64,000 nucleotides of DNA from an uncultured Fimbriimonadales bacterium (GCA_937992175.1 CALKLF010000080.1:2936-66935), one strand, 5' to 3'. Shown: positions 20,052-31,194, counted from the first letter of the stretch. Numbers and translations: made by a program. Notes: generated from the letters alone by a model not told the origin.

Positions 20052-20231
20052 TTAGACCTCCACATCCAGCGCGTGCGGTTCATCGTCGGGCGCGGGTTCA
20101 TGTGCAAGGGATGGCAGCTTGCGCGGAGGCTGCCCCTTACGCGTGTCCTGCTCGCGCTCTTCGCGCGGGGAGCGCTCTTTGACCTGCGGAACCATCGCCA
20201 CACGCTCTGGCGGGCGCACCGATTCAGGCAT
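20052..20231 (-). CDS. Small 59-aa charged protein (below ORF-track cutoff)
   Basis: Manual translation MPESVRPPERVAMVPQVKERSPREEREQDTRKGQPPRKLPSLAHEPAPDDEPHALDVEV; GAGG RBS; its end carries the GGAGG RBS of the next gene. Confidence 0.65.
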   Translation of the reverse strand: MPESVRPPERVAMVPQVKERSPREEREQDTRKGQPPRKLPSLAHEPAPDDEPHALDVEV

Positions 20232-20437
20232 CGCGTCGCCTCGTGCGGAAATTATCGGAAATTTTGGAAGCGCGCTTTACAGTTGCGAGGAACCTGCTGA
20301 GATCTCTTCGAAGGGTTTAACAAAGGTCACCCTCTTTCGCAGCGAGTTACGGGATGTTCTTAAGTGCTTCCTGCAAGAAGCTCGCGCATGGTAAGTCCCT
20401 CAAAGATTAACTCGTCCTGTTTACCTGCTGTTCTTTC

Positions 20438-20565
20438 TCCCGACCTCCCCCGTGAACGGGGGAGGAGTCGCGGCTGCCCGCGCGTGCGCTCCCTCCCCGC
20501 TTGCGGGGAGGGTTGGGGTGGGGGGAGACTTTGGCGCAGGCGTGGGGAGAAAAAGGGACGATTTA
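20438..20565. repeat. Dispersed hairpin repeat, family B
   Basis: Homologous to 12266-12398; partial copies at 50931-50991 and 62789-62816. Confidence 0.8.
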
Positions 20566-20612
20566 ACATTGGAGGCTCTACCATGCGCTGTCGGCTCGCA
20601 TGTGGGAAGGAT

Positions 20613-20873
20613 TCAGCAACCATCGCCATCGCCGAACCGTTCGAGTCGCTCAGCATACAACTCCTCCCGCTCCAGATAGCCCTTGCCCCATATGGAAAAG
20701 CCCTCGCGCATCTGTTGTACCATGCGCTGAATTGCCTCAGCGCGTCGCGCACGAGTCTCTTCTGAGGGAGTCTCGAACACCACCAACACTTCCGCCTCCT
20801 GTATTCCAGGAGGCAATTGCTCCAGAATAATCTGCCCGTTTCGATAGCGTCCCTTGACGACGGTCAGCGCCAC
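20613..20873 (-). CDS. Putative antitoxin (AF2212/DUF104 or AbrB-like fold), apparently orphan
   Basis: VVKGRYRNGQIILEQ..EVLVVF beta-rich N-terminus; C-terminal REELYAER typical of VapB-type antitoxins. Confidence 0.6.
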   Translation of the reverse strand: MALTVVKGRYRNGQIILEQLPPGIQEAEVLVVFETPSEETRARRAEAIQRMVQQMREGFSIWGKGYLEREELYAERLERFGDGDGC

Positions 20874-20911
20874 AGTTTCACCTTGAAGGAATATACCTCT
20901 GTAGGAGCGGA

Positions 20912-23005
20912 CTAACTCACCGTCGCCAGCGCGAATCGATGGCGGAAGCGGCTCACGGCGTCGCGAAGCGCCGTATGGTCGGGCTTGCTCAAATCAGGGT
21001 CTTGCTCAAGCATGCGGAACGCCTCCTGACGCGCCACCTCCAGCAGGCGCATGTCCTTCACCAGATCCGCCACGCGAAACGAGGGCATCCCGCTCTGCTT
21101 CGTGCCGAAAATCTCGCCCGGGCCGCGAATCTTCAAGTCTTCCTCCGCGATTATAAAGCCGTTGTTTGTGCGCGCCATGATTTCCATGCGCCGCTGGGCG
21201 TCTTCCGATTTCGGATTGGCAATTAGCACACAGTAGGATTGATGCTCGCTGCGTCCGACGCGCCCGCGCAGCTGGTGCAGCTGCGCCAAGCCGAACCGAT
21301 CGGCGTCCTCAATCACGATTACCGCGGCGTTGGGCACATCGACGCCCACCTCAATCACGGTCGTGGAGACCAGAATGTCCAACTTGCCCGCACGGAACGA
21401 CTCCATCACTGCCTCTTTCTCGGCGGGTTTCATGCGCCCGTGCAGGAGTCCGACGCGCAGGTCGGGGAAGACATCTTTCTGCAGGTGTTCCGCCATCTCT
21501 TCGGCGGCGCGCACCTGCAGCTTGTCCGATTCGTCAATCAGCGGGCAAATCACATACGCCTGTCGCCCCTCTTCGATGAGTTTACGCACGCCCGCGTAGA
21601 CTTTCAGTCGCTCTTCGGGCGTTTTCCAGTGGGTCTTGACGGGCTTGCGTCCGGGGGGCATCTCGTCGATGATGGACACATCGAGTTCACCGTAGAGGGT
21701 CATCGTGAGCGTGCGGGGGATGGGCGTTGCGCTCATCACGAGCAGGTGGGGCATAACGCCCTTATCGCGCAGGGCGGCGCGTTGCAGCACGCCGAAGCGG
21801 TGCTGCTCGTCCACAATCGCCAGCCCGAGCCGCGCGAAGCTGACCTCTTCCTGAATCAGAGCGTGCGTACCGACGGCGACCATGCCGCGCCCTGAGGCGA
21901 CGCGCTCGCGCGCCTGCTGACGCTGCTTGTTGCTCAGCCTGCCCACGAGCAGCTCCACGCTGATTCCCAGTGGCTGGAACAGGCGATGCAGGTTGATATA
22001 GTGCTGCTCCGCCAGAATCTCCGTTGGCGCCATCATCGCCGCCTGATACTGGTTGTCCACCGCCGCCAAAATCGCCGCCGCTGCAACGATGGTCTTGCCC
22101 GATCCGACATCGCCCTGCAGCAGGCGGTTCATCGGGTGAGGCTGCGCCATGTCGCTCCAGATCTCCTGAATCACGCGCTTCTGGGCGTTCGTAAGTTCGA
22201 ACGGCACAAGACGCTGCAGCTGGGTGTTCAATCGGTCGGCGTCGATGCGCATCGCGATGCCGCGCTCCTGCTGGTTCTGCCGCCGCTGCATCCCGACGCC
22301 AAGCTGCATCAGGAAAAACTCTTCGAACACCAGGCGTCGGCGGGCGGGTTCAATCTGATCCGCCTCGTCGGGGAAGTGAATCTGTTGCAACGCCTGCTGG
22401 ATGGGGGGCAGTCCAACGCGCTCACGCACGCTGCGCGGCAGAATCTCGGGCGCAAGGTGGGCATACTGCACGGCGTTGTAAAGAATCTGGCGCATGCGCT
22501 TCTGGCGGATCCCCTCCGTGAGTGGGTAAATCGGCACGATGCGGTTCACGCTGAGCAGGCTGTCGGGGTCTGCGCCGTCAGGCAGGTCTTCCCACTCGGG
22601 CGTCTCCATCTGTAGGCCGTAGGGGTTGTCTTTGACCACGCCGTAGGCGACAATCGTGCTGTTGCGCAGTCGGTTCAGCGTGTCCTTCATATAGGGCTGG
22701 TTGTACCAGACCAGCTCCATCACGCCCGAACCGTCGTCGATATAGGCTTTCGTGACGGTCATGTTATTGCGAACTTTGATGTTGTCGACCGTCACGAGTT
22801 TGCCTGCGACAGTGACGGCTTCGCCGGGTCGGGCGTGGGCGATTTTGCGGAAGTGGCGTCGGTCTTCGTAGCGGCGCGGCAGATGGAACAGCAGGTCGCC
22901 CAGCGTGTAGATGTTGAGCTTGCTCAGCACCTGCGCCAGCTTCGGACCGACGCCTTTCAGGTACTGAATCTCCGTCTCCAGCGTATAGCCCCGCGTCGTG
23001 GACAT
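20912..23005 (-). CDS. recG: ATP-dependent DNA helicase RecG
   Basis: LQGDVGSGKT, DEQHRFGV, SATPIPRTL, QLHQLRGRVGR, RGPGEIFGTKQSG. Confidence 0.98.
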   Translation of the reverse strand: MSTTRGYTLETEIQYLKGVGPKLAQVLSKLNIYTLGDLLFHLPRRYEDRRHFRKIAHARPGEAVTVAGKLVTVDNIKVRNNMTVTKAYIDDGSGVMELVWYNQPYMKDTLNRLRNSTIVAYGVVKDNPYGLQMETPEWEDLPDGADPDSLLSVNRIVPIYPLTEGIRQKRMRQILYNAVQYAHLAPEILPRSVRERVGLPPIQQALQQIHFPDEADQIEPARRRLVFEEFFLMQLGVGMQRRQNQQERGIAMRIDADRLNTQLQRLVPFELTNAQKRVIQEIWSDMAQPHPMNRLLQGDVGSGKTIVAAAAILAAVDNQYQAAMMAPTEILAEQHYINLHRLFQPLGISVELLVGRLSNKQRQQARERVASGRGMVAVGTHALIQEEVSFARLGLAIVDEQHRFGVLQRAALRDKGVMPHLLVMSATPIPRTLTMTLYGELDVSIIDEMPPGRKPVKTHWKTPEERLKVYAGVRKLIEEGRQAYVICPLIDESDKLQVRAAEEMAEHLQKDVFPDLRVGLLHGRMKPAEKEAVMESFRAGKLDILVSTTVIEVGVDVPNAAVIVIEDADRFGLAQLHQLRGRVGRSEHQSYCVLIANPKSEDAQRRMEIMARTNNGFIIAEEDLKIRGPGEIFGTKQSGMPSFRVADLVKDMRLLEVARQEAFRMLEQDPDLSKPDHTALRDAVSRFRHRFALATVS

Positions 23006-23029
23006 GGTATACAGGAGTATACCTGTTCG

Positions 23030-24985
23030 CTACTCCTCCTGCCCTTCGTACTTTTCCTTGAGGGCTTGCACAACGGTGGGATCGGCGAGGGTGGTGGTGT
23101 CGCCTAACGCGCGCCCTTCAGCGATGTCGCGCAGCAGGCGGCGCATAATCTTGCCGCTGCGCGTTTTGGGCAAATCCGCCGTGAAGAACACCTGGTCAGG
23201 ACGGGCAATCGCGCCGATTTTCTGCACCACATGCCGTTTCAGCTCGTCCTTGAGGCTCTCGTCCGCGGTGTAGCCCTCTTTGATGATGACGAACGCCGCC
23301 ACGCCCTGCCCCTTGATTTCGTGATGCACGCCAATCACAGCGGCTTCGGCGACGGCGGGGTGATCCACCAGCGCGCTTTCCACTTCCATCGTGCTGAGGC
23401 GGTGCCCCGATACATTAATTACATCGTCCACGCGCCCCAGCAGCCAGAAGTAGCCATCCTCATCTTGACGCGCGCCGTCGCCCGTGAAGTAAATCCCCTC
23501 ATACTTGCTCCAGTAGGTCTGGATAAAGCGTTCGGGGTCGCCCCACAGCCCGCGCGTCATGGAGGGCCACGGCTTCGTTATCACCAGATAGCCGCCGTGA
23601 TGGGTATCTACGGGCTGTCCCCTGTCGTCCAGAATCGCGGCGAATGTGCCTGGGAAAGGTTTCGTGGCGGAGCCGGGTTTTGTCGCAACGATTCCGGGCA
23701 GCGGGGTAATCATAATCGCGCCTGTTTCGGTCTGCCACCATGTGTCCACAATCGGGCAGCGTCCGCTGCCGATGTGTTCGTGATACCACATCCACGCTTC
23801 GGGGTTGATGGGTTCGCCCACGCTGCCCAGCAGGCGCAGGCTGCTCAGGTCGTGCTTCTGGGGGTACTGCTCGCCCCATTTCATAAACGCGCGGATGGCG
23901 GTCGGCGCGGTGTAGAGGGTGTTCACGCGATACTTCTCGACAATCGCCCAGAATCGGTCGCGGTCGGGGTAGTCGGGCGCGCCCTCGTAAATCACACAGG
24001 TCGCCCCGTTCGAAAGCGGTCCGTACACGATGTAGCTGTGCCCCGTCACCCAGCCTACATCGGCGGTACACCAGAAGATGTCTTCGTCTTTGAGGTCAAA
24101 CACCCACTTTGCGGTGAGCGTGACGCCGGTCATGTAGCCGCCTGTAGTGTGCATGATGCCTTTCGGCTTGCCTGTGGAGCCGGAAGTGTAGAGCAGGTAG
24201 AGCAAATCCTCGCTGTCCATCGGCTCCACGGGGCAGGTGAGGGGCGCATCGCGCATCAGGTCATGCCACCACAGGTCGCGCCCTTCTTGCATATTGACCG
24301 TGTAATCGCCGCCGATGCGCTGGTACACGACAACTTTTTCGATGCTGGGCGTATGGCGCAGGGCGTCGTCGGCGTTGCGTTTGAGGGGCACGATGCTCCC
24401 GCGTCGCCAGCCGCCGTCAGCGGTGACTAAAACTTTCGCCTGCGCGTCGTTAATGCGGTCAGCGAGCGCGTCTGCGCTGAACCCACCGAAGACCACCGAG
24501 TGCGGCGCGCCGATGCGGGCACATGCCAGCATCGCAATCACCACCTCAGGAACCATCGGCATATAGATACATACGCGGTCGCCTTTTTGCACGCCGAGCG
24601 ATTTCAGCACATTCGCGAACTTTTGAACCTCACGATGCAGGTCGCCATAGGTCAGCACGCGCTCATCGCCCGGCTCGCCTTCCCAGATGAGCGCCGCTTT
24701 GTTGCGCCGCCAGGTCTGCGCGTGCCGATCCACGCAGTTGTAGCAGGCGTTCAGCTTGCCCCCGATGAACCACTTCGCGTAGGGCGGGTTCCATTCCAGC
24801 ACGGTATGCCATTTTTCGAACCAGACAAGCATTTGCTCGGCGTACTTCGCCCAGAACGCCTCATAGTCCCGCGCCGCTTCGTCGTAAATCGCAGGGTCGT
24901 TGATATTTGCCTGTTTTACAAACGCCTCTGAGGGCGGAAAGATTCGCGTCTCCTGCAACAGTGCGTCGATCGCTGTTGGTTGCAT
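23030..24985 (-). CDS. acs: Acetyl-CoA synthetase
   Basis: [32 protein letters not shown]. Confidence 0.97.
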   Translation of the reverse strand: MQPTAIDALLQETRIFPPSEAFVKQANINDPAIYDEAARDYEAFWAKYAEQMLVWFEKWHTVLEWNPPYAKWFIGGKLNACYNCVDRHAQTWRRNKAALIWEGEPGDERVLTYGDLHREVQKFANVLKSLGVQKGDRVCIYMPMVPEVVIAMLACARIGAPHSVVFGGFSADALADRINDAQAKVLVTADGGWRRGSIVPLKRNADDALRHTPSIEKVVVYQRIGGDYTVNMQEGRDLWWHDLMRDAPLTCPVEPMDSEDLLYLLYTSGSTGKPKGIMHTTGGYMTGVTLTAKWVFDLKDEDIFWCTADVGWVTGHSYIVYGPLSNGATCVIYEGAPDYPDRDRFWAIVEKYRVNTLYTAPTAIRAFMKWGEQYPQKHDLSSLRLLGSVGEPINPEAWMWYHEHIGSGRCPIVDTWWQTETGAIMITPLPGIVATKPGSATKPFPGTFAAILDDRGQPVDTHHGGYLVITKPWPSMTRGLWGDPERFIQTYWSKYEGIYFTGDGARQDEDGYFWLLGRVDDVINVSGHRLSTMEVESALVDHPAVAEAAVIGVHHEIKGQGVAAFVIIKEGYTADESLKDELKRHVVQKIGAIARPDQVFFTADLPKTRSGKIMRRLLRDIAEGRALGDTTTLADPTVVQALKEKYEGQEE

Positions 24986-25099
24986 CGTCGTCGCCTCCAA
25001 AGTGACAGTTCGCGAAGCAACGGGGAACTCCTGCCCCGACCACGTTTCGGAAGCATTTTTCTCGGGAAGCACTTATTATCAAGCGGATGGACACGACGC

Positions 25100-26571
25100 T
25101 CAGCACCCCTGCCCGAAGTTGAACAATACAATCAGCAGGTCGGCATTGTCCACATTTCGATCGCGGTTCAGGTCTTCCAGCCTGCCGATACCCGTTGCGC
25201 CGAAGTTGAACAGCACGATGAGCAGGTCGGCATCATCCACGCAGCCGTCGCCGTTCACATCGCCTGCGCGGCGCGTGTCCTGAATGCGGAAGTTGCCGGG
25301 GTTAGGACTGTAGAACACATGCCCGACAGGCTCTACGATAAGGCGGGCGCGCGTGCTGACCACATTCGGCACAACGACGGTTTCGACGCCGTCGTTGGGC
25401 GTGTTCGCCTTCAGCACAATCAGATTGCCCGATTCGTAGTCCAGCCCGCCGTCCAGCGAGAGCAGGATATTGACCGTAGCGGCGATGCTACCTCCGCCCA
25501 CCTGCCAGATGACGGCTTGCGTGGAGCCGACATTCCATGTCGTGTCGGATGCGGGTTGCGTGACGCGAAATGGCGCGCCGTTAACCGTGACCCGGGTTGT
25601 GGCGATGGCTACGCCACCCCCACCTGCGCGATTATCACGCACGGTGCAGCGGAAGGTCATCGTGCGGTTCGTGGCAGGTAGCGTCTCCCACCGATCGGTC
25701 GTGTTGTTCATCACGGTTTGCAGGCGTGGGAAGAAGCGCGTGGGACTGAGGACAGGCAGGCGCGAGCGGAACAGGGGGGTGCTATCGTATTGCTCCCAGC
25801 AGTAGGTGAGGGTGTCGCCGTCGGGGTCGCTGCCGGTGGCGGTCAGGCGGAACGGTGTGCTTTGCGGAACGCGCACGAAACTCGGCGCGGTTACGGTGGG
25901 GACTGTATTATTGATTGTGGTACGCGCGGCGCAGGCGTTGCCCACGCTGTCTGTGATGAAATTGATCGTCTCTGTGATGTTGTGCGTGTGGAAGTAGGGG
26001 TCAGAGTTTGGCTGCACATCATCGCTTGCGCCGCAGACGCCCGCATACGCCATAATCGTGCTGCCGCTGCCTGGTTCATAAGGGAACGGCGCGCTGCTGC
26101 CTGCGCATGAGCGATAAGTATGGTTCGCCGCGAACTGGTGTCCCATTTCATGCGCCACATAGTCGATGTCAAACGCGTCGCCGCGAGGCACTAACAAGCC
26201 CGAGACGCCGTGCGCCTTCTGCCCTGCACGGCACACCACGCCCAGTCCTGCGTAGCCGCCAAAGTTGCCTCGCGTGAAAACGTGTCCAAAATCGTAGTTC
26301 GCAGAGCCTAACACAGAATCCAGTGTCGCTTGGTTCTCGCTGCCACGGTATCTTCGTGCGGCGCGTTCCAGAGGATTCGGCGCATACGCGCTTCATCCAG
26401 CCGAAAGGTTCGATAGGCGCGCAGTTCCGAAACGAGGTCGTAGCCCAGACCTGCATCAGCTGTCGGTGCGGGAACCGGCTGCCAGAGCGCGTCTGGCGAT
26501 TGTTGAGCGGACACCGTCGTTATGAAACAAACCAGCCCCAGTGTAAGGCTGAGCATCTTTATCCTGTTCAT
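25100..26571 (-). pseudogene. Reprolysin-like (M12B) zinc metallopeptidase with dockerin-like C-terminus, disrupted by internal deletion and frameshift
   Basis: Signal peptide/prodomain ORF (26571-26308) out of frame with catalytic part (HEMGHQFAANH, EPGSGSTIMAYAG); junction near 26340. Confidence 0.8.
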
Positions 26572-26616
26572 GGCACTCACCATAGGAATTATACATCGTG
26601 CGCGGTTCAGTCATCG

Positions 26617-27975
26617 TCAAAATTGCGTAATCGCCTGCAAATACCAGCCTGCGCGGGTGTCGGGCGCGCCGTCGTCGCGCAGGCGACTCGCGCGATAGCG
26701 CAGGGTGAGCAGGCTCCGCTCCGTCGCCTGGTAGCCGATAAGCAGTTCCAGCGTATAGCCGCGCGCACCGGGGCGGTACTCGTGGAAGCGGCGCAGGTGC
26801 GCATAGTCCATTGCATAGAGCCAGCGTCCGTTCTGATGCTCCGCGCGGGCGTAGAAGCCGATGCGGTTCGCGCCGAGAGGGTGTCCCATCGGCAGGTCTT
26901 TGTAATAGTAGGCGTAGCGGCGCGGGTGGTTGGAGTTGTCGTACACGCCGCCTGTGCGCGTGCCGTCGGAGCGCGCGATTTCCAGAATCAGGCGCGTGTT
27001 GGGTGCGGGGGAGAGCCGCGCGCCCAGCAGCACGGCGACCTTACGCGGGGTAATCGATGACCCCCCCAACGCCGTCGGCGCACGCATGTCGTCCATCAGC
27101 CAGAACAGATAGATGCGATTCGTCTCGTCGGGCTTGTAAACGACGCCCACCTCCGCCAGATAGTTGAACCATCCTGAACCAAGTTGCGCGTTGCTGTACC
27201 ATTTCTGATAGAGGTAAAACGGCACAATCTGGCTGACCGCCGCGCCGGGCAGCTCCAGCGCCTTGAACGCCTCGGCGAGCGCGAGTGTCCACCGCTCGTG
27301 GAAATCCCGCTCGATGCGCCGCGCGCCCCACCAGGTCGGCTTGCTGTCCTGTTCGAACTGACTCAGGAACTGCTCGAATCGCCATTCGCCGAGCAAGGGA
27401 ATCCACAGGGGGAACTGAACGCGGGCAAAAGGCACGGCAGGCATCTCGTCGTTGACGAGCAGTCCACCGCTGTAGCCGCCGAGCCAGCGCAGAGTCCCGT
27501 AGCCCGCCTGCCATCGCCATTCACCTGCATTGAGGGTGAGCTGGGCGTAGGGGACGGTGCCGAACGCTTTTGGGTTCGCGCCGCTGTGGCGTCGGGCGTC
27601 GCTCCAGACAACCTCCAGTAACGCCTGCTCACTAATTGCCCACGCACCTGTAAGACGGTACGCCCCGCTTACGGCGCGCCCGTCGCTTCGGTCGGGATAG
27701 GCGAACCCCTGCAGCTCCACGAGGAAAAGCGTCGCCTTGCGTGGCAGGGCAGTCGCAGCGTTCAGTTTCCAGCGCGCGAGTAGGGCTTCGGGGCGGGCGT
27801 CGTTGCGCAGGGCGTCGATGAACTCGTCTGTGCTACGCGGAACGCGCTCCAGAGCGCGGGCGGTCGGCTTCAGGCGCGTCAGGTAGTCATACAGCGGGTC
27901 GTCGCGCGAGGGCAGTTCTTGCGCAGAGCAAACGCCGATGAAGGTCAAAGCCGCCAGCGCGCCCCAATATCTCAA
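26617..27975 (-). CDS. Capsule assembly Wzi-like outer membrane protein
   Basis: Signal peptide, DDPLYDYL, RWLGGYSGGLLVND, PMGHPLG, terminal Phe; coupled to capD-like gene. Confidence 0.65.
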   Translation of the reverse strand: MRYWGALAALTFIGVCSAQELPSRDDPLYDYLTRLKPTARALERVPRSTDEFIDALRNDARPEALLARWKLNAATALPRKATLFLVELQGFAYPDRSDGRAVSGAYRLTGAWAISEQALLEVVWSDARRHSGANPKAFGTVPYAQLTLNAGEWRWQAGYGTLRWLGGYSGGLLVNDEMPAVPFARVQFPLWIPLLGEWRFEQFLSQFEQDSKPTWWGARRIERDFHERWTLALAEAFKALELPGAAVSQIVPFYLYQKWYSNAQLGSGWFNYLAEVGVVYKPDETNRIYLFWLMDDMRAPTALGGSSITPRKVAVLLGARLSPAPNTRLILEIARSDGTRTGGVYDNSNHPRRYAYYYKDLPMGHPLGANRIGFYARAEHQNGRWLYAMDYAHLRRFHEYRPGARGYTLELLIGYQATERSLLTLRYRASRLRDDGAPDTRAGWYLQAITQF

Positions 27976-29867
27976 CTCCGCACTGCCCTCCGCTCATGCG
28001 CGGCTAGCTTGCCTGTCGCCAGTTCCATCAACATCGCGCGCGCCGCTTCGGGCTGCTCCTTCTCGCAGAGATTGAGCAGCGTCTCCAGCTGGCTCTGGAG
28101 CCAGCGCCAGTTCGGCGCGGTGTTGTTGCGCACACGCTTGATTTTGGGGTTTGCGGTGTCTTCCAGCACCTCCTGGTCATAGCAGAGCTGCTCGTGGAGT
28201 TTTTCTCCGGGGCGCGTGCCCGTGAACGCGATGGCAATGTCCTGCCCCGGCACCAGTCCGTACAGGCGAATCAGGTCGTGTGCCATGTCGATAATCCGAA
28301 TCGGCTCACCCATATCGAGGATGTAGATGTCTCCGTGGCTGGTAAACGCGCCTGCGCGCAGAATGAGGTGAACAGCTTCGTTGATGCTCATGAAGTAGCG
28401 TCGCATGTCGGGGTGCGTGATGCGTACAGGACCACCCTGCTCGATCTGCGCCTGCAGGGTCGGGATGAGGCTACCGCGGCTGCCCAGCACATTGCCAAAC
28501 CGCACAATCGCGAATTCGGTATCGCCCTCACAGGCAAGCGCGCTGACAATCATCTCGCCGACACGCTTCGTCGCGCCCATGATGCTCACAGGGTCGACCG
28601 CCTTGTCGGTGGACACATAGACGAATTTGCGCACGCCGTGGCGCAGCGCGGTCTCCGCCATGACCCATGTACCCAGCACATTGTTTTTGATGGCTTCGAT
28701 GGAGTTGGCTTCCATGAGGGGGACATGTTTATGCGCCGCGGCATGGAACACGAGCGTCGGTTGCTCCAGTCGAAATACCGCCTCGATTCGGGCGGCGTCG
28801 CGCACATCGGCGATGATGCATTCCGGTTCGTAGTTCAGACGAGTACGCAACTCTTGATCAATCTGATAGATACTGTTTTCGCCTTTGCCCAGCAGGGCGA
28901 GGCTGGCGGGACCGAGGTCAGTAATCTGTCGCGCCAGCTCGCTGCCGATGGAGCCGCCTGCACCCGTAATCAGCACGCGCTCGCCTGCGATATACTCCGC
29001 CACGGGGCGCAAATCGAACTGCACAGGCGCGCGCCGCAGCAGGTCTTCGATATTCACCTCGCGAATCTGGGTCAGCTGGAAGCCCTGCGTGGGTTCAAAG
29101 GGCGGCACAATGCGCACGCGCGCGCTGGTGGAACGGCAAATATTGAAGATGCGGCGCACGACCTCGCCGTCGGCGGCGGAGATGGCGATAATCACATCCT
29201 GCACGCCGTATTCCGCAACAATCTGCGGAATATCCTGCGTCGTGCCCAGACAGGGATAGCCGTGAATATACATCGATTGCTTCTGGGGGTCGTCGTCCAC
29301 GAAGCCCACCACACGCAGCTCCGCATAGGGATTGCGCCGTGTCTCCCGCATCACGATTTCGCCCGTGTCGCCGCCGCCCACCACCAGCGCACGGCGACGC
29401 GGCGTCTGATTGCGCGTGTAGGCAAAATACCAGTCATACAGACGCCGCCCGATACGGGGTGCCGCGAGCAGACTCGTCGATAAAAAGCCGAACAGCACCC
29501 ACTCCGCCAACAGAAACGGACGCCCTCCGTAATAGGCAAACGCCAGCATCCCCACCAGGCAGGCTATATTAATGCCGACACTCGCTTTCAGCAAACGAAA
29601 CAGATCCATAATCCCCGCATAGCGGCTATGAACCCGATACATTCGCTGCACGAACAGTGCGCCGATGCCAATCACGGCGATTAAGGGCGTCAACCACTGC
29701 AGCATACGCTCATCCTGCGCAGTATATCGAAAATCCTGCGCCAGACCAACAGCGATCACCAGTGACGCCGAAATCAGCAGAATATCCGTGAACACCGCTC
29801 TCAGAAACTCCGCCCAGCGTCGGGGGGGTATCTGTCGCAACCATCCTATTGTGCCCTTGTTTCCCAA
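27972..29867 (-). CDS. Polysaccharide biosynthesis NDP-sugar 4,6-dehydratase (CapD/PglF/WbpM family)
   Basis: 4 TM helices, ITGAGGSIGSEL, FHAAAHKHVP, STDKAV, RFGNVLGSRGS, RPGEKL. Confidence 0.95.
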   Translation of the reverse strand: MGNKGTIGWLRQIPPRRWAEFLRAVFTDILLISASLVIAVGLAQDFRYTAQDERMLQWLTPLIAVIGIGALFVQRMYRVHSRYAGIMDLFRLLKASVGINIACLVGMLAFAYYGGRPFLLAEWVLFGFLSTSLLAAPRIGRRLYDWYFAYTRNQTPRRRALVVGGGDTGEIVMRETRRNPYAELRVVGFVDDDPQKQSMYIHGYPCLGTTQDIPQIVAEYGVQDVIIAISAADGEVVRRIFNICRSTSARVRIVPPFEPTQGFQLTQIREVNIEDLLRRAPVQFDLRPVAEYIAGERVLITGAGGSIGSELARQITDLGPASLALLGKGENSIYQIDQELRTRLNYEPECIIADVRDAARIEAVFRLEQPTLVFHAAAHKHVPLMEANSIEAIKNNVLGTWVMAETALRHGVRKFVYVSTDKAVDPVSIMGATKRVGEMIVSALACEGDTEFAIVRFGNVLGSRGSLIPTLQAQIEQGGPVRITHPDMRRYFMSINEAVHLILRAGAFTSHGDIYILDMGEPIRIIDMAHDLIRLYGLVPGQDIAIAFTGTRPGEKLHEQLCYDQEVLEDTANPKIKRVRNNTAPNWRWLQSQLETLLNLCEKEQPEAARAMLMELATGKLAAHERRAVRS

Positions 29868-29977
29868 GGCTTCCCTCCGTAGAAATCAGTTTCCTGCAAC
29901 CACCAGCGAGAACTCGCCCTGTAAAGTATACCCGTCCGAAGCGCGTTCGAAGCGGTTCGGGTATACTTTAGACGCGC

Positions 29978-30070
29978 GGAGCGGTGCCCGAGCGGCTGAA
30001 GGGACACGACTGGAAATCGTGTAGGCTCCGAAGAGGGGTCTCGTGGGTTCGAATCCCACCCGCTCCGCCA
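29978..30070 (+). tRNA. tRNA-Ser(GGA)
   Basis: Acceptor stem GGAGCGG/CCGCTCC, anticodon arm CACGA-CTGGAAA-TCGTG, long variable arm, GGTTCGAATCC, encoded CCA. Confidence 0.97.
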
Positions 30071-30074
30071 GCGT

Positions 30075-30527
30075 TCACGCCAGCAGAAACCGTACAACCC
30101 CGTGCAATAGCCACAACGCCAGTAGCACAACCAGAATCAGATTGAAGCGATCGAGATCCAACCGAAGCGTGCGTCCCGCCACCAGCGCGACAAGGCTGCT
30201 CAAGCCCACCACGACCGCCGTCGCCACAATTAGAAACCCTATCGGGTTCGCTTTCCATGCCAGCGCAAACTCCCCGTGCAGAATCGCGCTCACGCTGGTC
30301 GTCAAGCCGCAGGAGGGGCAGGGGCGTCCCGTGAGGAAGTAAATCGTGCAGGGGGGCAAGCCCAGTTGCTGATGCGTGCCGTGCCCTGCAGGGTTGGGTG
30401 TCAGATAGAAGCCCACCCCGAACATGACCACGACGCCCAGCAACAGCAACGCATGGCTCCAGCGCGCCCAGCCCGCCACTGGAACGAACTCGATCCAGCG
30501 CGGGCGCGCCGCGCGCCCCTGAATCAT
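30075..30527 (-). CDS. DUF2752 family membrane protein
   Basis: GTHQQLGLPPC...TGRPCPSCGLTTS motif; ATGA overlap with upstream gene. Confidence 0.85.
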   Translation of the reverse strand: MIQGRAARPRWIEFVPVAGWARWSHALLLLGVVVMFGVGFYLTPNPAGHGTHQQLGLPPCTIYFLTGRPCPSCGLTTSVSAILHGEFALAWKANPIGFLIVATAVVVGLSSLVALVAGRTLRLDLDRFNLILVVLLALWLLHGVVRFLLA

Positions 30528-31135
30528 TCCGCCCATAACCAAATCATGATACTCCAGTTGGTGTTGCCCCGAATAATTGTGCCGCGCAATTCCACCTGAT
30601 TGCTCGGTCGCCATGCGAGCGCGGCGTTGATGTGGCTGCCCGTATGCTCCGCCCGCAGGAAAAGCTGGTTCGTAAGGGGAACATCGAAACCGATAAAGAA
30701 GCTCGGCATGTTCGCCCAGCCGAATCCCAGGTGCACGCGCAGGTCGTGATCCAAAGGCGTCTGTCCGAGCGCAGCGATTCCGTACGAGACCGCCAGAAAA
30801 TAACCCCTGCCCTGCGTCGTGCGGTTGAACAAATCCGACACGCCGACCGAGACTCCTGGCGCATAGCCTGGGATTTCGGGATAGAGGCTGTATTGAAGTC
30901 CATAGACCTCCAGTCGACGATCGAATCCTGTGCGTGCACCTTGCACCTCCAGCAAGCCACCAATACGCAAATTGACGAGAACGCGCTCGCGTAGAGGCTC
31001 TCCTTGAAAGAAGCCCGCCTCGATTGCCAGTCGCTCAGGGTAGACGAGTCTGCCTGTAGGGATCTCGATCAGGCGATCGGCGAGGGCGGGAAGGGCAATT
31101 AGACATATAAGAAGCAGGCAGAGGAGGGTTCTTAT
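30524..31135 (-). CDS. Putative outer-membrane protein (YjbH-like); start uncertain
   Basis: Signal-like RTLLCLLLICLIALPALA-DRLIEIPT followed by amphipathic beta strands; the long upstream ORF extension is read-through across repeats. Confidence 0.6.
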   Translation of the reverse strand: MRTLLCLLLICLIALPALADRLIEIPTGRLVYPERLAIEAGFFQGEPLRERVLVNLRIGGLLEVQGARTGFDRRLEVYGLQYSLYPEIPGYAPGVSVGVSDLFNRTTQGRGYFLAVSYGIAALGQTPLDHDLRVHLGFGWANMPSFFIGFDVPLTNQLFLRAEHTGSHINAALAWRPSNQVELRGTIIRGNTNWSIMIWLWAE

Positions 31136-31194
31136 ACCGATTGGGGTTTCAAGTGCCGTAAAACTTTCGTTGAGGTCGCGCCTGCTGTTTTTCG

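Noticed and set aside
23231..24430. Long antisense ORFs (also 28194-29483, 41868-42917, 12600-13643)
   Set aside because: Shadows of well-supported genes in high-GC DNA with no motifs of their own
29978..30075. tRNA-Ser as an integration site
   Set aside because: No duplicated tRNA 3' end or integrase seen; flanking genes look native
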